Positions 39,294 through 48,651 of a stretch of DNA of 64,000 nucleotides are shown here, piece after piece. Location of the stretch: IMG/VR virus record IMGVR_UViG_3300037961_005428, positions 1 to 64,000 of that record; one strand, 5' to 3'. The stretch is from a virus. A model generated the notes under the pieces. That model saw nothing but the letters and a program-made list of their open reading frames with translations, did not search any database and had not been told where the DNA came from. How positions within the stretch are numbered: position 1 is the stretch's first letter; each line of letters begins with the position of its first letter. A program made the translations under genes and the position numbers.

Positions 39294-40261
39294 TGTCCCC
39301 CCTTGAAACGGCTTGGTCTATCCTCAAAGCACAAACTGAACTGGGTCAACATCACCCCGACTTCCCTTCTTCACAGGGCCCGGTGCTTGGGTACCACGGT
39401 CGCAATTTCTCAACCAAGTTCAATAACCCCTTTGGCAATTTTTACGACGCCAAGCGTGAGGTGTTTGATGACGACTTTGAGGCTATGCAAGAAGCCGTCG
39501 CCAACATCAAGGCAGCGCAACTTCTTCAAACGGGCCTTGTGCCAACTGACACGGCTGAATCGCAAGTCGGTAGTGGGCGCTTCAATCAATATGACGACAA
39601 GGGCGTACACAATTACGGAGTGGACACGAAGTTCAATCCCGACATCCCTGCCTCTATTTCGGTGGCAGTTGAGCCCCACACGGCGATTGGCTATGCAGAA
39701 GGTGCGAGAGGCTACAAGGACTCAAGCGGTCTGCCCGGCTTCTACGGGATAAGGGCTGGAGCCATGCAAAACGCTTTGCCCTTGGACGAGCCTTTGCGCC
39801 GCTACAAAATAGGTGATACGGACGATTTCATCTACAACAATCAGCGATACCGCTACATCCCGCACGGCATCGCTCCCAACCAAATGGTCCGCTTCGCTGA
39901 TGCTCAATCCATGGAAGAGTTTGATGAAGGCGTCACAAGTCCGTGGTACGGGCGTGAAAGAAAGCGTGCGCCTTCGCGCTTTATTGGAGTCGGCCCCGGT
40001 CAGTTTAGGGGTAGGGACCTTCAACTCTTGGAAGAGGGCAAAATGAATGTGGATGAGTTTAGAAGTCCCGAGCGGGACACTCAAAGGGTGATGGAGTCCG
40101 AACAATTCATTCGTGACCAAATTGCTCAGTATCAGCAACAGCAACTCGCCCAGCAGCAAGCGATGGCCCAACGGCAGGCTGACCAGCAAGCCGAGCAAGC
40201 GTTTAGGCAGCAACAAATGGCAGCGGCACCTCAACAACAACTTCCAATCGGGGTGCGGTGA
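39290..40261 (+). CDS. AW..LK-tagged protein, possible ADP-ribosyltransferase-like fold, Gln-rich tail
   Basis: MMSPLETAWSILKA; GYHG...GLVP...SVA...AIGYA. Confidence 0.55.
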   Translation: MMSPLETAWSILKAQTELGQHHPDFPSSQGPVLGYHGRNFSTKFNNPFGNFYDAKREVFDDDFEAMQEAVANIKAAQLLQTGLVPTDTAESQVGSGRFNQYDDKGVHNYGVDTKFNPDIPASISVAVEPHTAIGYAEGARGYKDSSGLPGFYGIRAGAMQNALPLDEPLRRYKIGDTDDFIYNNQRYRYIPHGIAPNQMVRFADAQSMEEFDEGVTSPWYGRERKRAPSRFIGVGPGQFRGRDLQLLEEGKMNVDEFRSPERDTQRVMESEQFIRDQIAQYQQQQLAQQQAMAQRQADQQAEQAFRQQQMAAAPQQQLPIGVR

Positions 40262-40296
40262 AGAAACTTTATCTCTTCGCCCTCACTGCGACACAC

Positions 40297-41499
40297 ATGG
40301 TCGCAGCCTTGGACGCCGCTTGGTCGCTCCTCAAGGCTTTGGATGAGCAGCAGTTGTACACACAAGCCAATCCCGGCCCTGCGGCACCAATGGGCTTCGG
40401 CGATGTCCCATATCCGCAATATGAGCAAATGCGACTCGGCACTGCCCATCCGGCGATATCGGGTTTACTTGAGCGTGTAGAGCACATGAGGGCCAACCCC
40501 TACTCCGGAACTCAAAAAGACCATCCCCAAGATGTTTACGACCCCGAAAAGCGGTTTGAAAGGTTTGGTAGACTTGGTGGAGGTTATGGGAGCCTCATTC
40601 ATAGTTTTGGCAACCAGCCTTCTCTCCGTGTAGACTCGGGGCAACTGGCTAATATGATACAGGACAGTGGTATGCGCCATCACTTCGCTACTCAAACAGA
40701 CGAGGAAGCACTTAGGGAAATGCAAGACAACCGGCCAAGGCATGATTACACCCCTCTTCCGTATATACCACGAATGACGGGTAGGGCTGACCCCACAACG
40801 GTAGAGGGTGTACCCGGTGTCAAATTCGGCCCTCCACCTATCGTTTATGACAACTTCCAAACACGGGATAGCGAGGGAAACTTGGTAACGAGATTTGGTA
40901 GCCAGCAAAAACACCCAAGGTATGATGCCCATTATGATGAGCGACAAAACCCATTAACGGGCGTCATAGATGATTTTGAATTTGGGCCAATTCAATTTCC
41001 TCAAGCGCCAATTCCGGGCGTACCGGGCGGCGCTCACCATCCCAGTCTTGACACACCTCCCGAGGTCGGTATGGTTGGACAAATAAGACCACAACACCCT
41101 TCCGCGAAAGCCTTTGGCGCACCAATCAATATCCTAAGTACATCTCGTGGTAGAAGTGGTGTTGCACAAAGTGGATTTTATCCCCCCTATAGCCAACACC
41201 TTAGAGACATGCGAGGCCGTGGTGAAGACGATGACATCACTTCGTGGCACCTTTCCCGACAACCTTCTACGGATATTTACCAAGGACATGGTGGTGACAA
41301 AGTTGCCAACTTGCGGGGAGGTGCTGACCCCTTCCCGATGAAACAGTTGGGCCAAGAACTGGCTCAAGGCGCTCGTTCTCCCAATCGCCTAAGTAGGGCT
41401 CTAAGTAGCATTTTTAATCGCTTCCGCCGCCCTCAAGTTAATGAGCCTCAGTTTGATTTCGCCTTTGACGAACCACAGTATGATTTGAGGGGGCTGTGA
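40297..41499 (+). CDS. AW..LK-tagged protein (start 40297)
   Basis: MVAALDAAWSLLKA; GTAHPAI. Confidence 0.75.
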   Translation: MVAALDAAWSLLKALDEQQLYTQANPGPAAPMGFGDVPYPQYEQMRLGTAHPAISGLLERVEHMRANPYSGTQKDHPQDVYDPEKRFERFGRLGGGYGSLIHSFGNQPSLRVDSGQLANMIQDSGMRHHFATQTDEEALREMQDNRPRHDYTPLPYIPRMTGRADPTTVEGVPGVKFGPPPIVYDNFQTRDSEGNLVTRFGSQQKHPRYDAHYDERQNPLTGVIDDFEFGPIQFPQAPIPGVPGGAHHPSLDTPPEVGMVGQIRPQHPSAKAFGAPINILSTSRGRSGVAQSGFYPPYSQHLRDMRGRGEDDDITSWHLSRQPSTDIYQGHGGDKVANLRGGADPFPMKQLGQELAQGARSPNRLSRALSSIFNRFRRPQVNEPQFDFAFDEPQYDLRGL

Positions 41500-41503
41500 T
41501 AAC

Positions 41504-42133
41504 ATGAACCCAATAGACGCAGCATGGTCAATCCTCAAGGCTGACCCCAATCTCCGTATGGTGCACGGCGGCGTCTACCCCAACGCCCGTTTCGGTGGAC
41601 GGAGTCAAACCATGCACCCTGCTATCGCTGGGATGATGCAAGGTATCGGTGAGGGAAGAAGTCCCATACCGATGGAAGACATTGAGGGCGTTGATACTGG
41701 TTTTTTTGACACACACACTCCCGCTCGCTACCGAACTTGGCCCCAACCGTATAGTGAAGCACACGGCAATTTAGACAGTGGAGACCATCTGTACTCTATG
41801 GGAAGCCTCCGGTCCATGGTCCCGGTTAGATACCAAGGCGCTCCCAAAACTCCCGACCGACTTCTTTACGAGATGTCAAAGGTTTCTCCTTACAGAATGT
41901 ACGATACTGCAAACCTGCAACAAATTGATGACCCTTCTCAAAATGAAGAGTTTATGCAGGCTTTCAATGCCTATCCCGAGAAGTTGCGTCAATTCTATGA
42001 GCAACAAGGAGACATGGATGTGCACCCGCACACTGTTGCCCGAATAGCCGGTCGCCAAGATTACGGTCGTATAGGTCGCACGGGCAACCCCGACAACATT
42101 CAAATGATACCCGACATGATGGGAGCGATGTGA
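41504..42133 (+). CDS. AW..LK-tagged protein
   Basis: MNPIDAAWSILKA; QTMHPAI. Confidence 0.75.
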   Translation: MNPIDAAWSILKADPNLRMVHGGVYPNARFGGRSQTMHPAIAGMMQGIGEGRSPIPMEDIEGVDTGFFDTHTPARYRTWPQPYSEAHGNLDSGDHLYSMGSLRSMVPVRYQGAPKTPDRLLYEMSKVSPYRMYDTANLQQIDDPSQNEEFMQAFNAYPEKLRQFYEQQGDMDVHPHTVARIAGRQDYGRIGRTGNPDNIQMIPDMMGAM

Positions 42134-42137
42134 TAAC

Positions 42138-42506
42138 ATGAGCCCAATGGATGCCGCTTGGGCGATACTCAAGGCTGACTTTTATAGCGATAAGCAACGA
42201 GCCCTTGAACAAGCCCTTGGTCCTGTGTACGGTCATGTAAGAATGGCTCGGGGCAAAGCACAAGAAGAAGCCGAGAGGATGCCGTACTCAACAGACCCCA
42301 AGGTTAGGGCAACACAAGGTCCGCTTGACTATCTGTTTGCGGGAATGGACATTGAGCCGGAGTTGATGAGGCCACCATCACCTTGGCCTAACCCTCCTAC
42401 TTACGCCGCTCCTCCGCCGGCTGACCCCGAGTTCATGGCTCGCATCAAGGCTGACGAAGAAGAGTCGCAACAGCGCAAAACCGAGCGTGAAGAACGGAAG
42501 CGTTAA
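42138..42506 (+). CDS. AW..LK-tagged protein
   Basis: MSPMDAAWAILKA. Confidence 0.75.
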   Translation: MSPMDAAWAILKADFYSDKQRALEQALGPVYGHVRMARGKAQEEAERMPYSTDPKVRATQGPLDYLFAGMDIEPELMRPPSPWPNPPTYAAPPPADPEFMARIKADEEESQQRKTEREERKR

Positions 42507-42632
42507 GTAGGGGATGCCCAACATAGGGCACTAAGGGAGAGGCGGTACCCTCCAGTCGTGTGTTCTTTTGGGCTCTGAATCACTTCTCGCATTTCTTCAT
42601 TCCGCCGCCTCTCCCCCCTTTCGGTGAAAAGT

Positions 42633-42767
42633 ATGCCACGGCGCAAAAGTCCTGCTTGCCCTTATTGTCAGCAACAACCTACTCAGCGACTGTACTCCAA
42701 AGCCGGCGGTACTTTGCACGGCGTGGCTTGGCACTGCCCCGTGTGCGAGTGCATGTGGAAACTTTGA
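42633..42767 (+). CDS. 44-aa Zn-ribbon protein
   Basis: GGTGA RBS; MPRRKSPACPYC...HCPVCECMWKL. Confidence 0.55.
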   Translation: MPRRKSPACPYCQQQPTQRLYSKAGGTLHGVAWHCPVCECMWKL

Positions 42768-42778
42768 TGTAGCCACCC

Positions 42779-43186
42779 ATGCTGTCACGCCACATGGCGG
42801 ATGCTATAGAGTGGTTGACCGACGAGGAAATCATCGGAAAGACCGACTGGTCCGATGTGGCGTTTTGCGATTGTTGCTCGCCACTTGAGATTTCTATGGC
42901 CGTTGTCAAGGCGAAGCGAAAGTCCAAGCCTTTTCACGGCTACAATCCAAACAAGCACGCCAAGACCGGTGGGCTGAACGCCAAGGGTCGGGCGGCTGCG
43001 AAGCGCAAGACTGGGGCCAATCTCAAGCGCCCCGTCACCAAGAAGCCCAGCAAACTCAAGCGAGGTAGCAAAGCCTCCAAGCGACGCAAGTCATTTTGTG
43101 CCCGCATGTCGGGTGTCAAAGGTCCGACCAGCAAGAAAGGTAAACTCACTCCCAAGGGAGCCGCTTTGAAGAGGTGGAACTGTTGA
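42779..43186 (+). CDS. very basic protein, DUF6321-like
   Basis: GGLNAKGRA...LKRPV...KRRKSFCARM...RWNC. Confidence 0.7.
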   Translation: MLSRHMADAIEWLTDEEIIGKTDWSDVAFCDCCSPLEISMAVVKAKRKSKPFHGYNPNKHAKTGGLNAKGRAAAKRKTGANLKRPVTKKPSKLKRGSKASKRRKSFCARMSGVKGPTSKKGKLTPKGAALKRWNC

Positions 43187-43377
43187 ACTGTGACTGTGAG
43201 CATTGCTTTGGTATGCAGACGGCTTGGGACCTTCTTGAGAAGAAATTGTGCCCGGCTGGTAAAGCGGCGGCGAAGCGGAAGTTCAAGGTGTACCCATCGG
43301 CTTACGCTAACGGATGGGCCGTACAATACTGCAAGGGCAAGTTCCGTGGCAAAAAGAAAGGGGGCAAAAAGAAATGA
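43174..43377 (+). CDS. small basic protein with tag variant
   Basis: QTAWDLLEKK then AKRKFKVYPSAYANGW. Confidence 0.7.
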   Translation: MELLNCDCEHCFGMQTAWDLLEKKLCPAGKAAAKRKFKVYPSAYANGWAVQYCKGKFRGKKKGGKKK

Positions 43378-43922
43378 ATCCAATGGACGCAGCGTGGAAT
43401 GTGCTAAAGGCACTACCAAGTCGTGAAGTGGTGCAGAACAGATACCGTTTTACTGGACAAGGGCACCCATTTTTGGATGAAAAAGGTAATCCCACCCCCG
43501 AAACCAAAAGAGATTTGGTTGAGCAAATGGGGATTGGAACAAGGCACCCTGCTTTGAATCCAGCGCATGTCATTGAAAGCGTGAGTGGCAGACCCACCAA
43601 TATCACAGAAGGTTCACACCTTAGCCCAATAGAGCCCACTGACATTTTGCGCTATCCTACGGGCGACAGCATAACCGGTGCTGAAACTGGCAGAGCGGAG
43701 TTGGAAAACACGCGTCAACGACGAATTAACGAAAGAAGTCAACGCCGTTTGACGGGAAATACATCCCCTCCAAGGCTCATTGACCATCATCGTTACACAC
43801 ATTTGCCCCCCGGCAACTACTATGGTGGCAACCTTCCAAAAAATAGCGCACTCAGCGACGAAGAAATGGAAAACTTGCGTCAACAAGCGCAACAGATGCC
43901 CTTTTCGTATGAAGGTCAATGA
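43374..43922 (+). CDS. AW..LK-tagged protein (start 43374)
   Basis: MNPMDAAWNVLKA; GTRHPAL. Confidence 0.75.
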   Translation: MNPMDAAWNVLKALPSREVVQNRYRFTGQGHPFLDEKGNPTPETKRDLVEQMGIGTRHPALNPAHVIESVSGRPTNITEGSHLSPIEPTDILRYPTGDSITGAETGRAELENTRQRRINERSQRRLTGNTSPPRLIDHHRYTHLPPGNYYGGNLPKNSALSDEEMENLRQQAQQMPFSYEGQ

Positions 43923-43931
43923 GGGATAAAA

Positions 43932-44138
43932 ATGCACGCTCTTGAACATGCTTGGCGCATCATCAAGGGCAAAGAGGATGCTCCAAATTATCGCAAAGCC
44001 ACGGGGCCAAAGAAGTGCGGCAACTGCAAGGCTTGGGATTCTTCAAAAACTGACGACCCTATGACGGGGTATTGTGAGTGGTACGATTTTACTTGTCGTG
44101 CCGACCATGTGTGTGATGCTTGGGCGGGGAAGAAATGA
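43932..44138 (+). CDS. AW..IK-tagged HiPIP-like Cys4 protein
   Basis: MHALEHAWRIIKG; Y...CGNC...C...CDAW. Confidence 0.65.
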   Translation: MHALEHAWRIIKGKEDAPNYRKATGPKKCGNCKAWDSSKTDDPMTGYCEWYDFTCRADHVCDAWAGKK

Positions 44139-44719
44139 GTGAACAGTGCCCTTGTTGCAGCGTGATGGTTGTCAAAGACCTTAACCGCTGGTTCAAGGAG
44201 AAGTGGGTGGATGTGTCTCGCAAAGACAAGGACGGCAAGCACCCACCTTGCGGGCGCAAGAAGGCCAAGAAGGGGAGCAAAGGTTACCCTAAGTGCCGGC
44301 CGTCAGTCAAGGTGTCAAGCAAGACGCCGAAGACCTCCGGTTCTATGACTGAGGGGCAGAAGCGTGCGGCGACCAAGCGTAAGCGGTCCAAGAAGCAAGG
44401 AGTTGGCGGAAAACCGACGATTGTCAAATCACTGGTGCTCAAGCGACCTGTCAGTCCCGAGGCCAAGCGTCACAAGTTGGAATACGACACCAAGTACGAG
44501 TCTACGCCCGAGCGTGTCAAGTATCGGGAAGAACTTAAGCGTGAACGCCGACATAGAGGTATTGACGGTAAAGGGGGTCCGGACATGAGTCACACGAAAG
44601 ACCACACCCTTGTCGCCGAAGACCCTCACACCAACAGAGCCCGCCACTTCAAAGAGCGAGGCACACTCAAGGGCGACCCTATGGACATCGCTTGGCTCCT
44701 TGTCAAAGGTGAGTGGTGA
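44120..44719 (+). CDS. multi-module basic protein (DUF5872-like plus HNH-like) with C-terminal AW..VK tag
   Basis: LNRWFKEKWVD..PCGR..YPKCRP; DMSH...E...NRAR; GDPMDIAWLLVKG. Confidence 0.7.
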   Translation: MGGEEMSEQCPCCSVMVVKDLNRWFKEKWVDVSRKDKDGKHPPCGRKKAKKGSKGYPKCRPSVKVSSKTPKTSGSMTEGQKRAATKRKRSKKQGVGGKPTIVKSLVLKRPVSPEAKRHKLEYDTKYESTPERVKYREELKRERRHRGIDGKGGPDMSHTKDHTLVAEDPHTNRARHFKERGTLKGDPMDIAWLLVKGEW

Positions 44720-44947
44720 TGACCGAATACCCCTTTGACAGTTGGGGCTTTCAGTTCGTGCTCACGCTGGACGACCACCTGCAAATCATGCAGGACTTAC
44801 TTGACCACTACGCTGACATCATTGACATGCTGGAGGACGCCTGCGACAACAACGATGCGTTGCTCGCCGACCTCGTGGACGCTCAAGAGCAATACATGAT
44901 TTTGCGACAGGCTTATGAAAAAATGAAACATGGGGGTAATTGGTTGC

Positions 44948-46072
44948 ATGCTGAGTCCAACTGACGCCGCTTGGTCTGTCCTTGAAGAAGGGCACCGTGT
45001 GGACAAGGCCCTTCCGTTCCTCATTCCGGCGGCGATGTTAGCCTATGGCGGCTATCAAGGTGCGAAAAATGTCAAGGAAAATCGTATCACTGACCCCTTT
45101 TTAGGGGTGGTCGGTACCGAAGGCAATGATTCACTCGGTAGTAACCTTGCCGAGTTTGGGACAGGTTTTGCACAGGGCGTTGTCCCCGTCAAGGGTGGAG
45201 GCTTTTTGGCCCGGAAGTTTGGTGGCCGCCGTGCAGCAAAGCGTGCAGCAGCACGAGAAGCCGCAGAAAAGGAGGCGGCTGAGGCTGCGGCCCGCCATCA
45301 AGCGTTGTCTGCTCAACAGCGAAGGGGTGTGCTACAGCGGGAGAATCCCGAAGTTGGCTATGTGTTTGGTGAAGTAGCCCCTTATGTTTCTCCTTCCCAA
45401 CTTGGTGCTGTTCGCCAAACGATGAACGCTGCCCAAGCACGGGCTGCCCGGCTGGCTCCGAGAGCACAAGCACCAGTCGCTCCGTTGACACTGGGTCAGC
45501 GTGCAAAGTTGGTTGCAGCCACAGGCGCTGGTGCAGCCACTGCTTATGCTCCCGAAATTATGATGGCACTTGGGCTCGCTGGGAGTCCGCCCACCAGTAC
45601 AGAATTTGGAGGATTTGGTGCAACAGGCACAGGCGGTTTCGGCGCAGGGCAGGGTGGTCAACAGGGCTTCCAACTCGCAGGTCAACAGTCCGGCGGCGTT
45701 GGTGGTGTGCAAAATGTCGGTGTGAGCGGTATGGCTGACCACGACATTTTCCAAGGCAAGCAATTCCAGTCGGCTCCGACATCATCAAATATGCAAGCCC
45801 CTTCCATCAAACAGAAGGGGACCCCTATGTCGCTCGGAAACAATCTCATCAACTCCACCTTGAGTGTAATGGAACGCAACATTATGAAAGCCAGTGTGTG
45901 TGAACGCTGTGGCAAGAAAGGCTGCGTCAACAAAATGCACTGCATGGCGAAAGCCGATGATGGCAAAAAGAAAAAGCCAGCCCACGGCATGGTCATTGTC
46001 ATTGGCTCCAAAGCCGGCCCGGGCCCGTCAACGAACGGCAAGCGGGACGACAAAAAGGACGACAAAGAGTGA
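44948..46072 (+). CDS. Gly/Ala-rich tagged protein with hydrophobic segments
   Basis: MLSPTDAAWSVLEEG...VDKALPFLIPAAMLAYGGY. Confidence 0.7.
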   Translation: MLSPTDAAWSVLEEGHRVDKALPFLIPAAMLAYGGYQGAKNVKENRITDPFLGVVGTEGNDSLGSNLAEFGTGFAQGVVPVKGGGFLARKFGGRRAAKRAAAREAAEKEAAEAAARHQALSAQQRRGVLQRENPEVGYVFGEVAPYVSPSQLGAVRQTMNAAQARAARLAPRAQAPVAPLTLGQRAKLVAATGAGAATAYAPEIMMALGLAGSPPTSTEFGGFGATGTGGFGAGQGGQQGFQLAGQQSGGVGGVQNVGVSGMADHDIFQGKQFQSAPTSSNMQAPSIKQKGTPMSLGNNLINSTLSVMERNIMKASVCERCGKKGCVNKMHCMAKADDGKKKKPAHGMVIVIGSKAGPGPSTNGKRDDKKDDKE

Positions 46073-46164
46073 TACTCAAGGGCTGTTTCGCTCCCTCTCA
46101 GCGTCCAGCCCACCTTAGAAGGTTTTATTTGGTCGTGTATTTTGGGGTTATATGAGAGGATTGT

Positions 46165-46701
46165 ATGTCAAGCGGTAGCCAAAGCGTTGACCAAAGTGAA
46201 ATTCGGCTCATGGGGCTTATCCTCATGCAGTCGCTAAATGTAGGACTTGCCATCGGTGTATTCAACGCCGGCATTTGGATTGATTTAGAGAGCACGATGC
46301 TGAATGCATTTACTTATGCGATGGGTGCGTTTTTCGTCCAAGGCATAGCGTATTACTTCTTCAAAATGTTCTTCCAACAGGGCATGGACGACAAGGCTCG
46401 CCAGTCCGAGATGGAGCGAGAGCGGCGCAACCGCTACCGGGCTATGGAGATGACTTTTGAGCGCCGCCGTCAAGACATGGAACTTCGCATGCAAGAGGCA
46501 CAACTTGAACAAGAGTTGCGCTGGATGGAAAACAACCCCGGAAAAATGCCACCGATGAGCCTTTCTGACCCTATTTCGCTTGACACTGGCAACTTTAATC
46601 CCGAAAAGGGCGATAAGACCCTTTCATTGGGTGTCTCCTTTGACGAGGAGAAGCCACTCACCAATCGTGGGGCTGATGGCAAGTTCAAGAAGAAGGAGTG
46701 A
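46165..46701 (+). CDS. membrane protein (2 TM) with coiled coil
   Basis: Two hydrophobic helices, then charged heptads. Confidence 0.75.
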   Translation: MSSGSQSVDQSEIRLMGLILMQSLNVGLAIGVFNAGIWIDLESTMLNAFTYAMGAFFVQGIAYYFFKMFFQQGMDDKARQSEMERERRNRYRAMEMTFERRRQDMELRMQEAQLEQELRWMENNPGKMPPMSLSDPISLDTGNFNPEKGDKTLSLGVSFDEEKPLTNRGADGKFKKKE

Positions 46702-46943
46702 GGCCTGTGGGCTGGCTGTTCAAAACGCCAAGTGATGATGCAACGGAGTCAACGCTTCGTGCTATTCACATGGCGAACACTTTGGACACCGCTTATGAGC
46801 GCACATGGGGCTGGGTTAAAACGGTCATTTTCTCGTTTATCAGCGCCCTGTCTATCAGTGCCTTTGAGTATCACAACGATTGGAGTTTTTGGGAGCATAC
46901 TGTTAACTGGCTTGCCAACGAGGTTATGGGTTGGTTTGAATGA
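46698..46943 (+). CDS. small membrane protein
   Basis: VIFSFISALSISAF hydrophobic segment. Confidence 0.65.
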   Translation: MRPVGWLFKTPSDDATESTLRAIHMANTLDTAYERTWGWVKTVIFSFISALSISAFEYHNDWSFWEHTVNWLANEVMGWFE

Positions 46944-47656
46944 GTGCAGCAGCGGGCTCTGCCATGGTGGGTGGCGTTATTTTTGCCAAGGAACTTTACC
47001 ATTATTGGGTTCCCCGCAGGGTCGGTGTGTATGGTCCACCGCTGGCTGGAAAGACAACGCTGGACAAATACTTGACCACGCCCGGTGAAATGGAAGACAT
47101 TCCTCTTGACAAGCGCACAACTCACACAAAGGTGCTTGGAAAATTCCTTCTTCCCCGTGCCAGTCGTAAGCGTGTGAAGTACAAGGGTGAAACTCGTGTG
47201 ATTCATTCCGCAGATATGGGCGGCGAACAGCGGTTTTGGAACCTGTGGGTGGACGATATGGTCAATCGGGGCGTAGAAGCAGTGGTGTTCATGTTTGATG
47301 ACCGTGCAAATGCAGGTGGAGATACCACCGTTGACGCTGTTGGCGGCTTCAAATTCTTGGTGGACGCTCTCATTTACCGTCAATATCGCTATAGAAACCT
47401 ACGAAGTTGGTTGAAAGGCAAGAAGTACACGCCCAAAGTCATTCTTTTGGTTGCTAACAAAGCCGATAAGTGGTGGGATGAGCAGGCAAATACGCTGTGG
47501 CAGCAGCAGCGTCTTGGAGAACATCGCATTTTTGACCCGTTTCGGGAAGACCTTATTCGTCTACAAAAGGCCGGTATACCTACACGAAGGGGTATGATGG
47601 CCACCCGAATTGGCTGGAATGTGGAAAATACGATGGTGGATTTGCTGTCAACATGA
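46940..47656 (+). CDS. Ras/Arf-superfamily small GTPase
   Basis: G1 GPPLAGKTT, G3 DMGGE, VVFMFD, G4 NKAD; hydrophobic N-terminal helix. Confidence 0.88.
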   Translation: MSAAAGSAMVGGVIFAKELYHYWVPRRVGVYGPPLAGKTTLDKYLTTPGEMEDIPLDKRTTHTKVLGKFLLPRASRKRVKYKGETRVIHSADMGGEQRFWNLWVDDMVNRGVEAVVFMFDDRANAGGDTTVDAVGGFKFLVDALIYRQYRYRNLRSWLKGKKYTPKVILLVANKADKWWDEQANTLWQQQRLGEHRIFDPFREDLIRLQKAGIPTRRGMMATRIGWNVENTMVDLLST

Positions 47657-47667
47657 GGTGAACGAAC

Positions 47668-48651
47668 ATGAATGGATTACGACGCTACGGGCAGGTCCCG
47701 CAACAGGGAAATGGCAACTTATACGCTCTTGACGCTAATCAAATGGCGGCTTTGTCGCAACAAGGGAGCCTTTCGCACGAACAATTGATTGAAATGCAAG
47801 GTGCGCAGCAAGGAATGCGAGAAGCGGCTGCAAAAAGCAACATTGAGGTGCCAAAAGTCAATTTTTACCCCAGTCGGCACCCCGATTCACGAAAAGCACG
47901 CAAAAAAGACATCAAACAGGCCCGAAAACTGCTCAAACCGAGCAAAAGAAGCATTTTCAACCCCTTACGGTGGGTTGGAATGAAGTATCGGTACAACAAA
48001 TTGCATGAAAGGTGCGTTGTGGACGGCTGTGACTGCGTTGAACTCATCAAATACGACAATTTGTATGCTAAAATCTGTGATGAGGACACTGGAGAGAGCC
48101 TTTGGGACCTTTATTGGACAAATCCGGTCACAGGAGAGGTTCAAGCCTTCGTAGCGGCTGAAAATGTCACTGATGGGCGCAAAATGAGGGGTACATACTG
48201 CCCCGAACACCTTCATTTGTACCATTTATTGTGTAAATGGGAGGATGAGAACGACAAAGTGCGCCTTAACAGCAAATCCGGTATGCGAGAAATGGTCAAA
48301 AAGGGCGTTTCTACGGTCGCTGTACCCATTTCAATGGTCAAAAAGAAGGACAATACACCCCAATTTTTGGCCAAATATGAGCCTTTTTTCAAGCAATTAG
48401 AGCAGGATTCACGCCAAACAAGCGGTATTTCCATCCTTCATTACCAAAATCCGGTATCAAAAATGAATGATGTGACCATGATTGTGTTTGATTTGCGCAT
48501 TTTTCAGCAGGAATTAGGTCAAATTGACCAACAAAACCCGCCCAGCATCCTTGATGCAGTGGGTAAAATGGGTATTACCCTCCCCGATTCCCCACCTCTC
48601 CAACAGGTTGAAGAAGAGAATGGCCCTCAGTTTGGCCAAGGGCAGGCTTGA
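47668..48651 (+). CDS. hypothetical protein with Cys/His Zn-binding motif
   Basis: CVVDGC...YCPEH. Confidence 0.7.
   Translation: MNGLRRYGQVPQQGNGNLYALDANQMAALSQQGSLSHEQLIEMQGAQQGMREAAAKSNIEVPKVNFYPSRHPDSRKARKKDIKQARKLLKPSKRSIFNPLRWVGMKYRYNKLHERCVVDGCDCVELIKYDNLYAKICDEDTGESLWDLYWTNPVTGEVQAFVAAENVTDGRKMRGTYCPEHLHLYHLLCKWEDENDKVRLNSKSGMREMVKKGVSTVAVPISMVKKKDNTPQFLAKYEPFFKQLEQDSRQTSGISILHYQNPVSKMNDVTMIVFDLRIFQQELGQIDQQNPPSILDAVGKMGITLPDSPPLQQVEEENGPQFGQGQA

Noticed and set aside
42520-42630. tRNA gene
   Set aside because: No T-loop GTTC motif or cloverleaf; no tRNA recognised anywhere in the window.
38560-44138. AW..LK tag as Sec/Tat signal or class III prepilin peptide
   Set aside because: No basic n-region, long hydrophobic core or twin-Arg; the tag also occurs internally and at a C-terminus.
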